From contig NC_045697.1 in NCBI RefSeq assembly GCF_009834535.1, positions 9,116,001 through 9,180,000 of the forward strand: DNA of 64,000 nucleotides, written 5' to 3'. The notes beneath the pieces were generated by a model, which did no database searches, had not been told where the DNA came from, and worked only from the letters and a program-made list of their open reading frames with translations. Below, one piece after another: positions 38,351-51,115 of this stretch. Each line of letters starts with the position of its first letter. Within the stretch, counting starts at the first letter, position 1. This DNA is from Camelus ferus. Taxonomy: Eukaryota. The translations under genes and the position numbers were made by a program.

Positions 38351-40914
38351 TTTATCTCAGCCTGTTATTCTTGCCTTACTCCACATGGCTAGCTCTAGAC
38401 TATAGAGGGGGAGAAGATACGTAATGAATATCAATAAGTATTAGAAACACCGAAATACCATTCATTAATTATTAGGCACTGTTATAAAGACCTGGCATAT
38501 TTTAACTCAATCCTCACACTACCTCTAAAGGTAGTTATTATCATTGTTCCCAGTTGATGAGGACATGGAGTTTAGGTAAGTCTCCCAAGGGAAAAATGGC
38601 TAGTATGTTTAGGTCTGTGATTTGGATCAAGAGTCTGTGTTTTTAAATCAACATGCCAGACTGATTCTGAGAAAGGCAGGAGCTTAGAGGATGGTCAGTT
38701 AGTGAAAATGTAGAGGAGGGAAAATATCAACATTTCAGAAAGTCCTAGAGAGAAACCACATCGAAAAGGGCCTATAAAACCTGTTTATTCCAATTGCAGG
38801 TGGACATGTACATTGAGAGGCAGGGTATTATTAATAATTTTTATGGAAAGACAAAGTCCAAGTTGGCAGAGCTTCCTGCCACGTAGCCAAGGGCTTGATC
38901 TGATAGAAAATGTGTCTAGTGCAGTGTTTCATTTATTCAGGGAGTCTCTCCACTCCAGCCACTCTTCTAGCCACTCTTAAGGTTGGATTTCTGGTACATT
39001 ACCTCCATTCTGCTCATGTCTTAGATCCTATTTTCTAGCTCCTAAGGGCTGCTAACTTAGTTGTCTGTTGTCAAAGTTAATTTTTCTCTCGGCCGCTGCC
39101 TTCTTTATTGCAAGGCCCCGTCCTTCCCATCCCAGACTTCCAGGACTCTGGCTGATGTGCAAATCTCTGGACTTCCGTTTAGTTAGGATGAAGCATAGAA
39201 TATCAACAGAATTTCTTCTGTGTCCAACAGAGAAAGAGCTGCTGGAATGGGTGTCTCTTAAGATTCTTTCTTGTTCTAATGATGAACATTTTTTTTTTTC
39301 AGTTTGCAAATGGTCCCATCATTTAATAGTGTTTATGACAATATGTAATAAACACCATAAAAAAGTATGAGTTGTTCTGGGAGGTGTTAGCTCATTAAAA
39401 TGAATGCTTACTAGATTCTGTAGCAAGGTTTGGAAGCGTGGTACTAACTCATGTAAATTACCAAGACAAATGTGTTTTACGACCAATAAAGTGTGTCCTG
39501 ATTCATTAATAGTCAGATCCACCATCTCCCTGTTGGTTCCCCAGAAAAGTTGAGTGGAGATCGGTGGAAGAGAAATTGCTGCCTGTATTCTCCCAACCTT
39601 CAGGCATTCTGATTAGCATGTGTGATTTGGAGGCTGTCTTTTGTGATGCTGTGCATCTGCGATATTGCCCTCCCATTTTTGATCCTGCAAGCTCTGGAAA
39701 GGCCTCAGAGCTCAGTACATTCTTCCTGCCAATGCTTGATGTGAAGTCGTTGGATTTATGCAGACTCCCCAGCCTCCTTCTGGCTCAAAAAAAAGAAAAA
39801 AAAAAAAAGAAACTTTACTGAGCTTGGAAGGGGGCTGCCAGATTAAGCTCAGCACAGGTGAGTGGCAATGGACTCAGTCCAAACAGTAAACAAGCATATC
39901 TCCTGTCTCAGAAGCACAGTGGAGCCACAGGCATAAATATGCAATAAAGCTGCACTGAGGGGAGGCAAACTCATGTTTTATAATGTATTTATGTTCTACA
40001 CAGCATCTGAGATTCCAGGCACAGATGAGACTGTGGCTGGTGGGGTTTTTCCAGGAAAAAAGCACTTCCCTCATTACTTAGTAAAAACACGATTTGATTT
40101 GCAAGAGGTAGATACGTTGAAATATGCCTTTGTTGATAATTTTGCTTTCAAGCCTTGTTGTTTAATTGTATTTTATCCAAGCTGCTTCAAGAACAAAAGA
40201 TTGAAAGATGTGTTCAACAGAAACATGTTGTCCTGGGAAGTCACATGTCTCTAGACCTCAGTGATCTGGGGAAGTTCTCTCACCTTTTACACTTTTTTTT
40301 TACAATTTACAAAGTTGACCTTTCATAGTGCATCTGATAGAGATGTTGACTAAATCCGTGGGGCACTTTAAACTTTATTGCACAAGCTCATGAGTGTCCT
40401 TTGATTGATTTCTCTAAGAAGGCATATTTCCCAGTTTACATTTGAGAAAAATGAGACTCAGGATAGCTAAGGAAACCGCCCACTATCATACAGCAAGCAG
40501 GCAATATACAAGAACTAACTCACGTCTCCTCATTTTAAGTCTCATGCTTGCCTCACTCCATTTAAGTGCCTTTTGGTGGGGAAACGAGCATGCCCTCTTC
40601 ACTACTTCTACGTCCTGCATTTTCATCTCTTCTGGGGAGTAGACCTTGCTGAGCTGAATCTGTCTGCCCCGACGCTGGCTCCTATCACCTTGTGTTTGTA
40701 GAAGACAGTCAGATACATGCCAGATGGGAGTCTATAAGCAGCCAACTTTGATGCTTTTCTGGTGCAGAATTTACTATACATACAGGAGAATAAAGGGAGC
40801 TATAAGATTGAGTTAGTCAGGCAATAGTCAGGCAAGATCTTGAGTGCCTTCTAAGTTCCAAATATATGGTTTTTATCTTTTAGACTGTTTGGAGAAACCA
40901 GATTTTTATGAATA

Positions 40915-41020
40915 TATCCATCTATCCATGTACCTCCCATCCTATCATCCATCTATCCATCCTACTATTCATCCTGCTATCCACCCTACTATCCATACAT
41001 CCAGTCATCCACCCATTCTT
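40915..41020. repeat. Degenerate (CCAT)n repeat
   Basis: Imperfect tcca/ccat units. Confidence 0.8.
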
Positions 41021-42640
41021 CCAATCATTAATAAGTTTAAATCATTTAAGTGCTAAATAATATGTAATAGGGTCTCCTCCAAAGAAAAAATAAATAAAGG
41101 GAGAAAAAATAAACCTCAAAACACAAAACAAATAAAATTCCTTTGGACTTAATATACTCAAACTAAGACTAAAAATTATCTTCTTGAGAGTAAATTGCCA
41201 CATTTATGTTTTCTGCATCCTACTAGGGGCCAAGTATTCACTCAATAAACTTATGTCCATACTATATGTTGAGCTTGTATAGTGACCACAGCCAGAATTG
41301 CCTTGACATATTGGACTCCTTTCTTCCATTCTCATGTCATATATTTCATGCCAATGAATATAGCTGACCTCAAGCATATTCCTCAAAGTTTTCTTTCCTT
41401 TTCTTTCTAAGATGAAGAATCTCAGACATAAAGGAAGTGCTTTGACAGTAGCTTTGAAAGCTTTCTTATATGTGGATTTACTGCTATTTCTAGTTATAAC
41501 TATCAGCCTGTACTTGTGTGTCTTTCCTATGTAATTGAATACTTAAAACAATGAAATATGCTTCATAAAATGCAGGTGTAAAATCAATTGCAGCAAGATT
41601 TTTTTTAACAGTCTATCAAGATTTATTGGCATTGATTTTATTTTATTTATTTTTCATTAGATTTATACTTCAGTTTCACTACCTCAATTTCTTATTAAGA
41701 GACTGCATAAAAAATAAGTCTTTATGCAAAAGTCCAAGTTAAACAAGGACTAGACACAACTCGGTGAATGCATTATTGTAAAAATGAAATATTTACCAAA
41801 AATACAGGAGACAAAAAAGAAGAGCTAATGTTTACTGGGTCCTTACTAAGGATCAGGCATCAAGTAAACACACATGATTAATTAATTTACCTTCACAACA
41901 ATTCTTTAAGTTAAGCAGCACTGTTACCCCATCTTACAGTCTGGCAGTTGGGGCATGTGTGAATTACGCAGTCCATCCAGCAGTACGGTGCTAGTCAGTG
42001 GCGGAGCAGGGATTCAGAACCACATTGTCTGAATCCCACTACTGTTATTTTCTTTAAGGAACCTTGGATCCATCAAGGCTCACTCTTCAGCTAATAGGAA
42101 AAGAAGCTTCCATTTCCCCTTTCTCTTAGCTTCTTTTCTCAGCAAAGAAATAAACATTCAGGGATTGGAGAAAACACTTTAGATAGCAAAGTAAGCTACC
42201 TGCTTCCTTGTAGCTAGAAAAGTGTTAAAACAGGCATTTCAAAGAGTGAGTGAGATATGAGAGTGGGTGGGACCCTGGACATGCTATTTGGAAGGACAAA
42301 TAAAAGATAATGAAGTGAAATTTTGGCTACAATAGTAATCCATCTGTGCTTCAGTTAAAGTGACAAGGGATAGTAGAAGACAAAGTTTGGTTGAGGGTAC
42401 AGTTAGTTTGAAAATGTAAAAAGAAAACTATAAGCAGGAAGGTAGATAAGTGAAGACACCTGCGCATATTGGAGAAGGTGGGAGCAGGGGACTGGTGGGT
42501 TTGAGAGTTATATTCCTTTAGGAAAATATTAATGAGGGGAGAATGTTGGTGGTGTATAATCTGCTTGTCCTCATTACAGCCTAGATTTCAATGTACTGTG
42601 GCTTAACTTCTACTGTTTGACATAAAAATCCCCCCAGGAG

Positions 42641-44336
42641 TGGATTCTCTCTACCTGCTTCTAGCAACTTTGTCCCTTGGCAGGTGCATTTGTTTCCAAG
42701 GGCTGCCATGATGCCACAAACCTAGTGGCTTAAAACAACTGAAACTTATTGTCTCACTGTTCAGGAAGCTGGAAGTCCAAAATCAAGGTGTAGGCAAGAT
42801 TGGCTCCTTTTGGAGACTCTTAGGAATAATTTGCTCCATGCCTCTCTTCCAGCCTCTTGTGGCTATGGGCAATCCTTGGCATTACTTGGCTAGTAGCTGT
42901 ATCACTTCAGTGTCTCCCTCCATCCCTTGCATAGTCGTCTTCCATCTGTGTCTCTCTGTCTTCACATGGTGTTCTCCCTGTGTGTCGGTGTCCAAAATTC
43001 CCTCTTCATATAAAATCACCAGTCATACTTGATTAGGTTCACCCTATTGACATCGCTAGATTGATTATATCTACAAAACACCTCTTTACAAATAAGGTCC
43101 TCTTTATAGGCACTGGGTGTTAAGACTTCAGCACATATTTTTTTGGGGGGGGGGACATAATTCAAATTACAAAATCAGAATTAGTGGGTATGATGCTCAC
43201 TGCTTCCTCACATGCTGGTTTTCCAGATTCTACAACTGACAAAACCAAGGCTTAGAATTTTCACTATCAGGTTTTATTTGCGTGAGTGGTTCTCAGAGTT
43301 TCATAGCATATGTAGTGAGCCAAAGGCATTTCCAGGAATCTCAATTCCAACAGCCAGTCCTTCCCTACTCACCTGTCTGACCACTCTGGAGGGATGGTCA
43401 ACACGAGGCCAAATCATTTGCACTGAGGATACTACAACATATTCAAAATATCTACTAATCAAGAACATGTGAGCCCACCTTCTCATAAGGAACCAGAGCT
43501 TTTGGGTCTGAACAATGACAAGCTGAGCCAATTATTATTGGGGGAACCTACAGTGAAGGAGGAGAAGAATATGAAATGAACGTTAGTCACAGTACTGCAC
43601 TGACAGACCCAGTTTCTACTATCCAAACTTCAGGAGTCAGAGCTCTGAGTTTTTTAAATCTAGTTCACTGAAGATTTTAATGGAAGAAGTGATTAAGATG
43701 GAAATTTCTGCATGCTTGAGCCTATTAATTTGGAAAGAAGTTGAAATAATTTTATTTAAAATAGATGGATAACTAAATCAAGAAAAAAACTTTGGAAGGG
43801 GTTTAATTGATCTGCTCTTTAAGATTAAGGAGTTTAGAGAATCAGATGACTCTGAACAAGGCAAATGTTCAAACTCTCAATTGCATTTTTACACTGCTAT
43901 GGCAGAGGTATGGACTCACCAGACTCATGCTCTAAAAGGAGAATATACACTTTGACTCTGCTGATTTGTTTGAGGAATTAGAGGCCCTCAGAAGCAAACT
44001 GGACATGTGTATTGAGCAGATGGAGACTTGAGATGGCACCTAATTCCCATTCCTACACTACTCTGATGTCAGTGGAATCACAACTGTCAAAGAATTGTAG
44101 AGCTATGCAGTAGAAATGAAAACCTAATTTCAGAAACAACTCATAAGTTTGATGGACATGCATCATATCTTATGCTTCCATGTCTGTCTTTAGACTCCCA
44201 GCTCTCAGGGTGTATCTCAGTCATTTAGCATCTGCCTCATCTTTGAGGTTGAATTTCCAGAAAATCTCACTGAACCCAAGGCACGATATGGTTGCCAAGA
44301 AGATGGCAGAGCACAACAATTTGAGAGACAGGCATA
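42641..44336 (+). pseudogene. Candidate endogenous bornavirus-like nucleoprotein element (EBLN), decayed and split by an MLT1C-like LTR
   Basis: Collinear translated fragments compared with BoDV-1 N (recalled): SLPASSNFVPWQ|ISGYDAH ~ [35 protein letters not shown] ~ [30 protein letters not shown] ~ [37 protein letters not shown] ~ [22 protein letters not shown]; FPFL = FPFL; FDGHASYLMLPCLSLDSQLS ~ [21 protein letters not shown]. About 1.2 kb without the LTR. Confidence 0.72.
42685..43174 (-). mobile_element. MaLR solo LTR, MLT1C-like
   Basis: Contains agggctgcc...gtggcttaaaacaac...ggaagtccaaaatcaaggtg, ggcaatccttggcattacttgg and ggggacataattcaa. Decayed 5-bp TSD gcagg/tcaga. Confidence 0.85.
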
Positions 44337-47300
44337 AAAACCCCAGAGATGGCTAATAAATTGTAATTCTGTGAACAGATTTTGGAATGTTGGGTCTATT
44401 GGGCTATGTGAGGTTGTATTCTGTTTCATAAAATGACTGAAACTGGAACATTGAATCACCTTCAGTAGGATATAGGCTTGGAGCTGGTGCCTCACAAAAC
44501 ATTCCACTTTTAACAGCTGCGTCCTGATTGACTTGATCAAAATTGGTCATTGACTATCAATAGACTACAGCAGCACACTCTTTTAAGAATAAAATTGATT
44601 GGGTTTATTTAGGCTGTTTTTGTATTACCTTACAAATCCATTCATTTACATAGCTAATAGTCTAATACTTTCCATTGCAATTGTTCAACATTCCATGAGG
44701 ATTTTTGATCAAGAGAGTTACCACTGAGAAAAGAATGTAGATTTGTGGTAAATCCCCATGATTTTCTTGAATTGTCAGGACTTCTGACCATCACTAGTGA
44801 GGAACTTACAATGCTGACAGCTCTTTATCTAAGCTTTTTCATTTGTCAACTACTGAGAGCTTTCGGGGTACCTGGATGTTGCAACAGAGCTGTGTTCTAG
44901 GATTAATCACTTCCTTCTGAGCTCTGAGCACTGAATCTGTTTTATTCTTTCTGTTGTTGTTTGCTTTTAATATGAGGAAGAGTTCTCTTCCCTACCTATT
45001 TCAGTTTCTGTTTCCTTAATCATAGACCTGAGAAAATTTACTTGGTTTCCTAATAACCTGGGAAAGTTCAAAACAGAAACCATTCAGTGGCTGTCATCAG
45101 CATCTTAAGTAGTCCCTGTGAAATATGGCCAAGTGTTGCCATGGAAATGTGGTGTCCTGGATGGAAGAACATTCTGGATTTCACAGATTGCTTCATTCTT
45201 TTATCAGAAATGTCATTTTAATGATGGCGCCTACAGGGTGAGCTGTGACATCTTATCTAATCTAAACATCTTTCTTCCTCTCCTTCCAAGTTGTGGAAGC
45301 CAATGATCTCATTCCATCTCTGGCCCCCAGTGAGGTTTAAATTACACAAGCAAGATATATTTATTATCCAAATGCTGAAGATTGTTGGGGGTAAGGAGTG
45401 ATTGTTTAGCATCAACATTAATGACAGTTAGAAATCAGATACAGGGATATGAAATTCTAAGCCTCTGATGTGTTCTGAAAAGTTAAATAACTGCTTTGCA
45501 TTAGTTGGTGCCTTTTTAAGAGGGTCTAGGGTGGATGACTGAGGAATAAATAAATGGATTCTCTTTTTAAATTAACACAAGACAAGACTGGAAAAGAAAG
45601 AAAAGAGAAACAAGAGCTGTATTATGATGAATATTGAAAACACGTTAAAAGGTGAATTCAGTATTTATTTTAGGGTTTTCTGCTCATTGTGTCAAAATTG
45701 TCACAGATTTTAGTACAGATAAATTTTTTTTTAATGAGGGAGGTGCATAAGACAGGTATATATGTAGAAAATCTCACGTGAAACTCAAGAGCTTCAAACA
45801 AACAACTATGTTCTACTTCTCCATGACTGCAGTGTCTTATTTAAAACTCAGTGTCTTATTGGCAGAATGCAGACATGCTTCACAGAGTTATTCAACTGTC
45901 AAGCCATAGACATAGTATTGGGCACAGCTAGAATGAGGAAGGACTCTTGTCTCTCAGTAACTCTTCCCTCTCTGCTGCTAATCCAGCACCATGGCTTTTG
46001 ACAACTCTTGAGTTTCATCTACTTCAAGAGATTACCTGGATTCCCTGTATCAAAAGGCTAAAGTATTGAGTCAGGACTCTGGCTGACCTGGTCTGGGTTA
46101 GATACCTACCACTGGATGAATCACTGAAGCCAAAAGTTAGGTATCCTGATAAAGAGAATGCTGGTTTCAATGGCAACCTTGTGGTAAACAATAGTATCAC
46201 CCAGAAACCTAGGGTGAGAAGCAATCCTTTAGTTAGCCAACACTCCTGTTTGTCACATAATTGAAAATGACTTCCCATCTTCTGTGACTGTTATCAAGAC
46301 CAGTGCACACATTGCCCCCATCTCTAGAGAAAAATGTAAGACCGTGTGATACGAAGTTTACATGCCCTGTAAAGTTGATGAAGCAGGAACCCTGCCTTTC
46401 CATCCATACATCCCTATCTAGATCAAAGCCTGGCACTGTGGCTTCTCAGCAAACATATGCTGAATGAATAAATAGGAAAAAAGATCTGGCTTTATTTTAT
46501 TTCTTCTTACTATTTTATTCTCTTCTGTTTCCCTGCTTACTAGTGTTTAATCTTGTTGCTTTGTATATAATTTTGAAATCCATCTCAAATCCAAAGGACA
46601 AGGAAGGAAATTGTTAGGATTTCAGGTGACCAGAAATAACACTCCCTTTCTCATTCTGAGTTTAGAATTACTGAGAATAAGATGTAGAGAAAGTCTGGGG
46701 TAGAATATGACTTTAGGGTTACAGTCAAATAGATTTGCTTGTCTTTCACTTCAGAGTTATACAGACTTGTCAACCTAGCTGTTGCCACAGACAGGCAATT
46801 ACAGACATGCCCTGGAAAGGGCTGAGCAGAGCCTTCTCCATTTCTTCTCACATATTCGTCACTCAGATAAATCTCTCTGTCTATTGGGAACAGAGGGAGT
46901 CAGAAGAGAGATCAACACTCTTTGTCTAGTGCAAGTCCCTTATATGGAAACCCAGGCTTACAAGGGGATAGAAATTATTCCTTAACACATATAAAGAAAG
47001 ACATGGAGGAAAGAGAAAGGAAGTAGAAAATCTGCCAGGAAAAAAAAAATCAGACAAAACCAAGTTCTTATCTGGATACTCCTTTGACATAGTTAGCATC
47101 CATACCAAGCCTCTGTCCCTTCCACACTCCACCCACCTCTGTTTGAGCAACTGCTTTCTTTCTTACCTTGCCTTTGAGTTTTTGTCCCAGGGTTTCAATA
47201 TCCTTGTTCTCTTCCTGAGACAAGTTTAATAATTATAACAAAACTGGCAAAGATATCAAATCTCTCTATCATTTTCAGCTCAAACATCCATTATCTTAAT

Positions 47301-48130
47301 TAGCTGTAATTATTAAATAGTTTCAAGACCTGTGGGATGAGAGGAAATCTTTGGTCATCACTTAGAATCCATCCCATGGAGTCTAAGACATGGATATGAG
47401 AATAACAAACCCTTTTCTCTTTTCTCATGTTTACAAAGTGGAAAGTGGTGAGGAAACTAGAATTATGTCAACTCAGCCAGATATTTATTGGCTTTCTAAC
47501 ATATGTAAGACATTTTACCTCAAAAAGACTAAAATTAAGTTTGATTCATGTACATATTTTTAAAATGATATTTAAGAGAACAAGATAACACCATCAAAAG
47601 GTGGCCCAGGACAACAGCCAGATGAGTTATATATAAGGGTAGAAGAAGGAAATTAAAACAAAACAAAAACAAACAATGACGATAATAAAAAATGTTTAAA
47701 CAAAAACAAACACAAACAAACAAAAAAACTTCCCCCTTGTGCAGACATTTTGCCAGTTGCAAAGTAAGCGTGAACTGGATCACTAGAATGTACAGCATAG
47801 TAAAAAGACCCATAAAAGGTCCTGTTATTTTTTAAACTCTAAATAGTTAATTTAAGGCTTTTCATGAAAGGTGAAAGAAAATTTATGTATGAGTCAATCA
47901 AGAACATGAACAAACATCTAACAGATAGTCTTCTCTCATAGACTTCAAAATCCATGAAAATAAATCTTTCCTAAGTGGTAGAGAGATAAAGGAATAAAGC
48001 AAGGAATGAAAACAGCTGCACATTAGTGATAAAAGTACCAGAGGATACGAGTTGTACTTTAAATTCCGCTTCAATTGTTTTTCTGAAAATATAAATGCAA
48101 TCTCTTACATTAATTTTTTAAATCACAATT

Positions 48131-48133
<3 letters not shown>

Positions 48134-48186
<53 letters not shown>
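48134..48186. repeat. (TA)n microsatellite
   Basis: Perfect AT run of about 26 units. Confidence 0.97.
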
Positions 48187-48191
<5 letters not shown>

Positions 48192-50988
48192 TTTAAACTG
48201 ACATTGAATGCTACATTTTCGGAGATTCAGCAGTCCACATCTGGAAATTAGATATTAGCTAAAGCAAGACCTGAGGACCCCTACAAGAAAATGCAGGCAA
48301 CAATGTTGACTGACCTCTAGAGGGCTCCCTGTAAATCAGATCTGTTTCATGAAATGATACCAGTCATCACAGAGGGAAGCACTTTCCTTTAAAGGTGGTT
48401 TACACAGATTTAAAAGATTTTTACTTAGAGATACTCATGCCTAACTTGCTTTTACAGATGACAAATGAATCTTCACTAACCTCCAGGCATAGCTTGGTAC
48501 ATTACAAATCTTAATCTGGGTTATTTGCCTTCTCTGTAGTGCTGAACAAACTGTACACTCCAGGTGTGCCCAGTTACCTTTGTACCCAGCACCTAACACA
48601 GTACCCTGCATAGAACTGGGTGACCAAGAATTACGTGTTGATTTGAATCGATCTGCTCTTGTGGTTCAAATGGTGTCTGGAAAATATTATCAACACAAGA
48701 GGAAGCGGGAAATACTGAAAACACATTTGACATTTTTGTAGCCTGTAATACTTAACACACACTTTCATGTGTATTACCTTCCTGAAGGCTTAAAATATTA
48801 GTGAATCAGGCTTTATTATTGTTTACATAGATGAGATGATTGCATCTAAGGGACCTGATGTAATAAAGCGGAGATTCAAATTTAGTTCTTTTGATTTCAA
48901 TTTCAGTGACCTTTTCATTGACTCATTGCTGCTTCTGATTATCCAAATAATGAAGTGACAAATTGGTAACCTTTCTTAAAAGTGTCCCTTGGTAAATAGA
49001 CTCATAAAACCCGAGCAAGGGAGAATGCGTTAGATGTGTTCTCACCTAATTAAAGCTGGTTGACTCATGAAGGAAACCAGGTAGTGGGGCCTTTATGTAT
49101 CAACTCCTGGGGAGACTGAAGGCCTCAAGCCTAATTGTTCAACTTAACAGGTGCCAGGAGTAGAGATCAGAGCCAGAGAGGAGAGCCATTTTCTTAGTTG
49201 AAAAACCAAGAGAGGTAAACAGATCTCCGGGATGGTCCCCAAGTCACAGGATGAACAAGGCCAGAGCTGAGTATCAGGTATGAATGAGAAGTCACGTAGA
49301 GGAGCACAAGAGAAAGTCATCAGCGTGGGGTCCGGTGGACCTGAACCTGGCTCCAGGTGACTGGGTCTGACTGCGGAGTCCTAGTTTATTTTGCCCATGC
49401 TGTTTCTATCTTACTGATGCAGGGCTCGGGACAGGAGGAGGAAGAAGGGATAGAAATTGTTAATCTAAAAACAAACAAATGATTCATTTTCTTCCTACTC
49501 ATCAAATGATACCTGGCAGTTAACCTGGGGAATCATAACCAAGAGAAATGCATGCTTTGATAAATAGAACATCTCTATATTTGGAAATAAGAGTAGGTTG
49601 ATGGGGCTGTTTCTAGACAAAGCACCGAGTGTGATAAAATATATTAAGGGCTGAAATGGACAAAAAGTGACAGAGAAGAGAGGATGAGTTCCCAAAGGTC
49701 AGTGGCACCAACCTTGCAGTCTTGCTATGGACTTGTCTTCCATCACATAGAAAGAGCAATAAAGCCCAGAGGCTAAGAGTACAGGCTGCCTGGGTTTGAA
49801 TTTTTTGCGCCTGTCATTCACTTAGCTGTATGCTTTGAAAATATTTTGTAAAATTAAATTTCTCTTCTGTAGAGTCAGGATACTATAGTATCTATTTCTT
49901 GGGTTGTTGTAAGAAAAAGTCTTCATTTAATCTAGGGCTTTTTCAACTTTACAGAAGTCCTAGTTTAAACATTAAAATAATTATATATGTGTCTTATTCA
50001 GATCAGTAAACCCCCAATAAGTTTCAGTTATTTTGATGGGAGTGGGACTTTGGTGGATGAGGCATGACTATGCTGCGAAAGTGCAGCAATTTGCACGAGC
50101 AGAAAATCAGATCGGATGTCACATCCTTAGGATACAGATACCTCTTCAGGGTCTACAGGAAAAGTCTGGACGTTTTAGCATGAAAGACTTTATCGTATGT
50201 TAATGAAGTTCTTACCCATATCCCTCGTTTACCTCTCCAACTTTCCGTCCCAAAGGAAGGCATGCATCTGTTCTAATTTATCCATTAATTCAGCAGATAG
50301 TTATTGAACATCTATCCTCCAATGGCATGATCTGTTCCAAGCACTGAGATACAGTGGACAGAATTCCCTGCCCTCTGGGGACTTCTGTTCCATTGGGACT
50401 CCCTTAGGTTCTTGCTCATGTTCATCTCTGTGCTTCCTGGCGGTTGTGGAGAATGGTTTCATTTTTGCTCTAAGTGTTGAGGACCCTAAGCCTTTTTACA
50501 CTGTTATGTCCTTTGGATATTTTTCAGGAAAACTGAGCTTCATTTTGGTGCCTGCTACCCATCCAGCTACCAGAAGGGATAGTTAAGAGGGACTCCAGAG
50601 TCCTACGTCCACTGGTGAGCAGAGCACAGGACCCTGCCTTCTCTCAGCTGGGGTCTACTGACACTGGCATGGAATCCTGCTCTTGATTTTTGGTGCCTTG
50701 TCATGAAAGCCCCCACCCAGTCATGAAACTGACCGGGATGGCATTTCCTCAGTCTCCGTCAAGCCTGTCTGCGCGTGACCCAGCTGTGCTCTCCCAGAGT
50801 GACTGTCCCATGGGACTTCCTGTGGGATGTTGGCAGAATCTTCTGTTCTTTGATAGTCACCTCTTTCTCCAAAGGTTATTCCCTTCCTGAGTTGCCACGC
50901 CTGGCCCACCACCAAGACCTAGTAAATGTTTGTCAAATGAATCCAGGTGGTCTGCAAGATGATCTTACAGAGAATGTGGATCAAGAAT

Positions 50989-51115
50989 AACTCACAGAGA
51001 AAAAAATGTGACAATGAGTGTGTATATGTCCATGAATGACTGAAAAATTGTGCTGAACACTGGAATTTGACACATTGTAAAATGATTATAAATCAATAAA
51101 AAATGTTAAAAAAAA
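50989..51115 (+). mobile_element. Very short 3' end of the young L1 family with poly(A)
   Basis: Matches the reverse complement of about 36207-36330; ends caataaaaaatgttaaaaaaaaa. Possible TSD aagaat (50983-88 and 51116-21). Confidence 0.88.

Noticed and set aside
44044..44120. L*SYAV resembling paramyxovirus N LWSYAM, and PF..SG resembling filovirus NP
   Set aside because: Isolated resemblances; the remaining motifs fit bornavirus N collinearly and much better.
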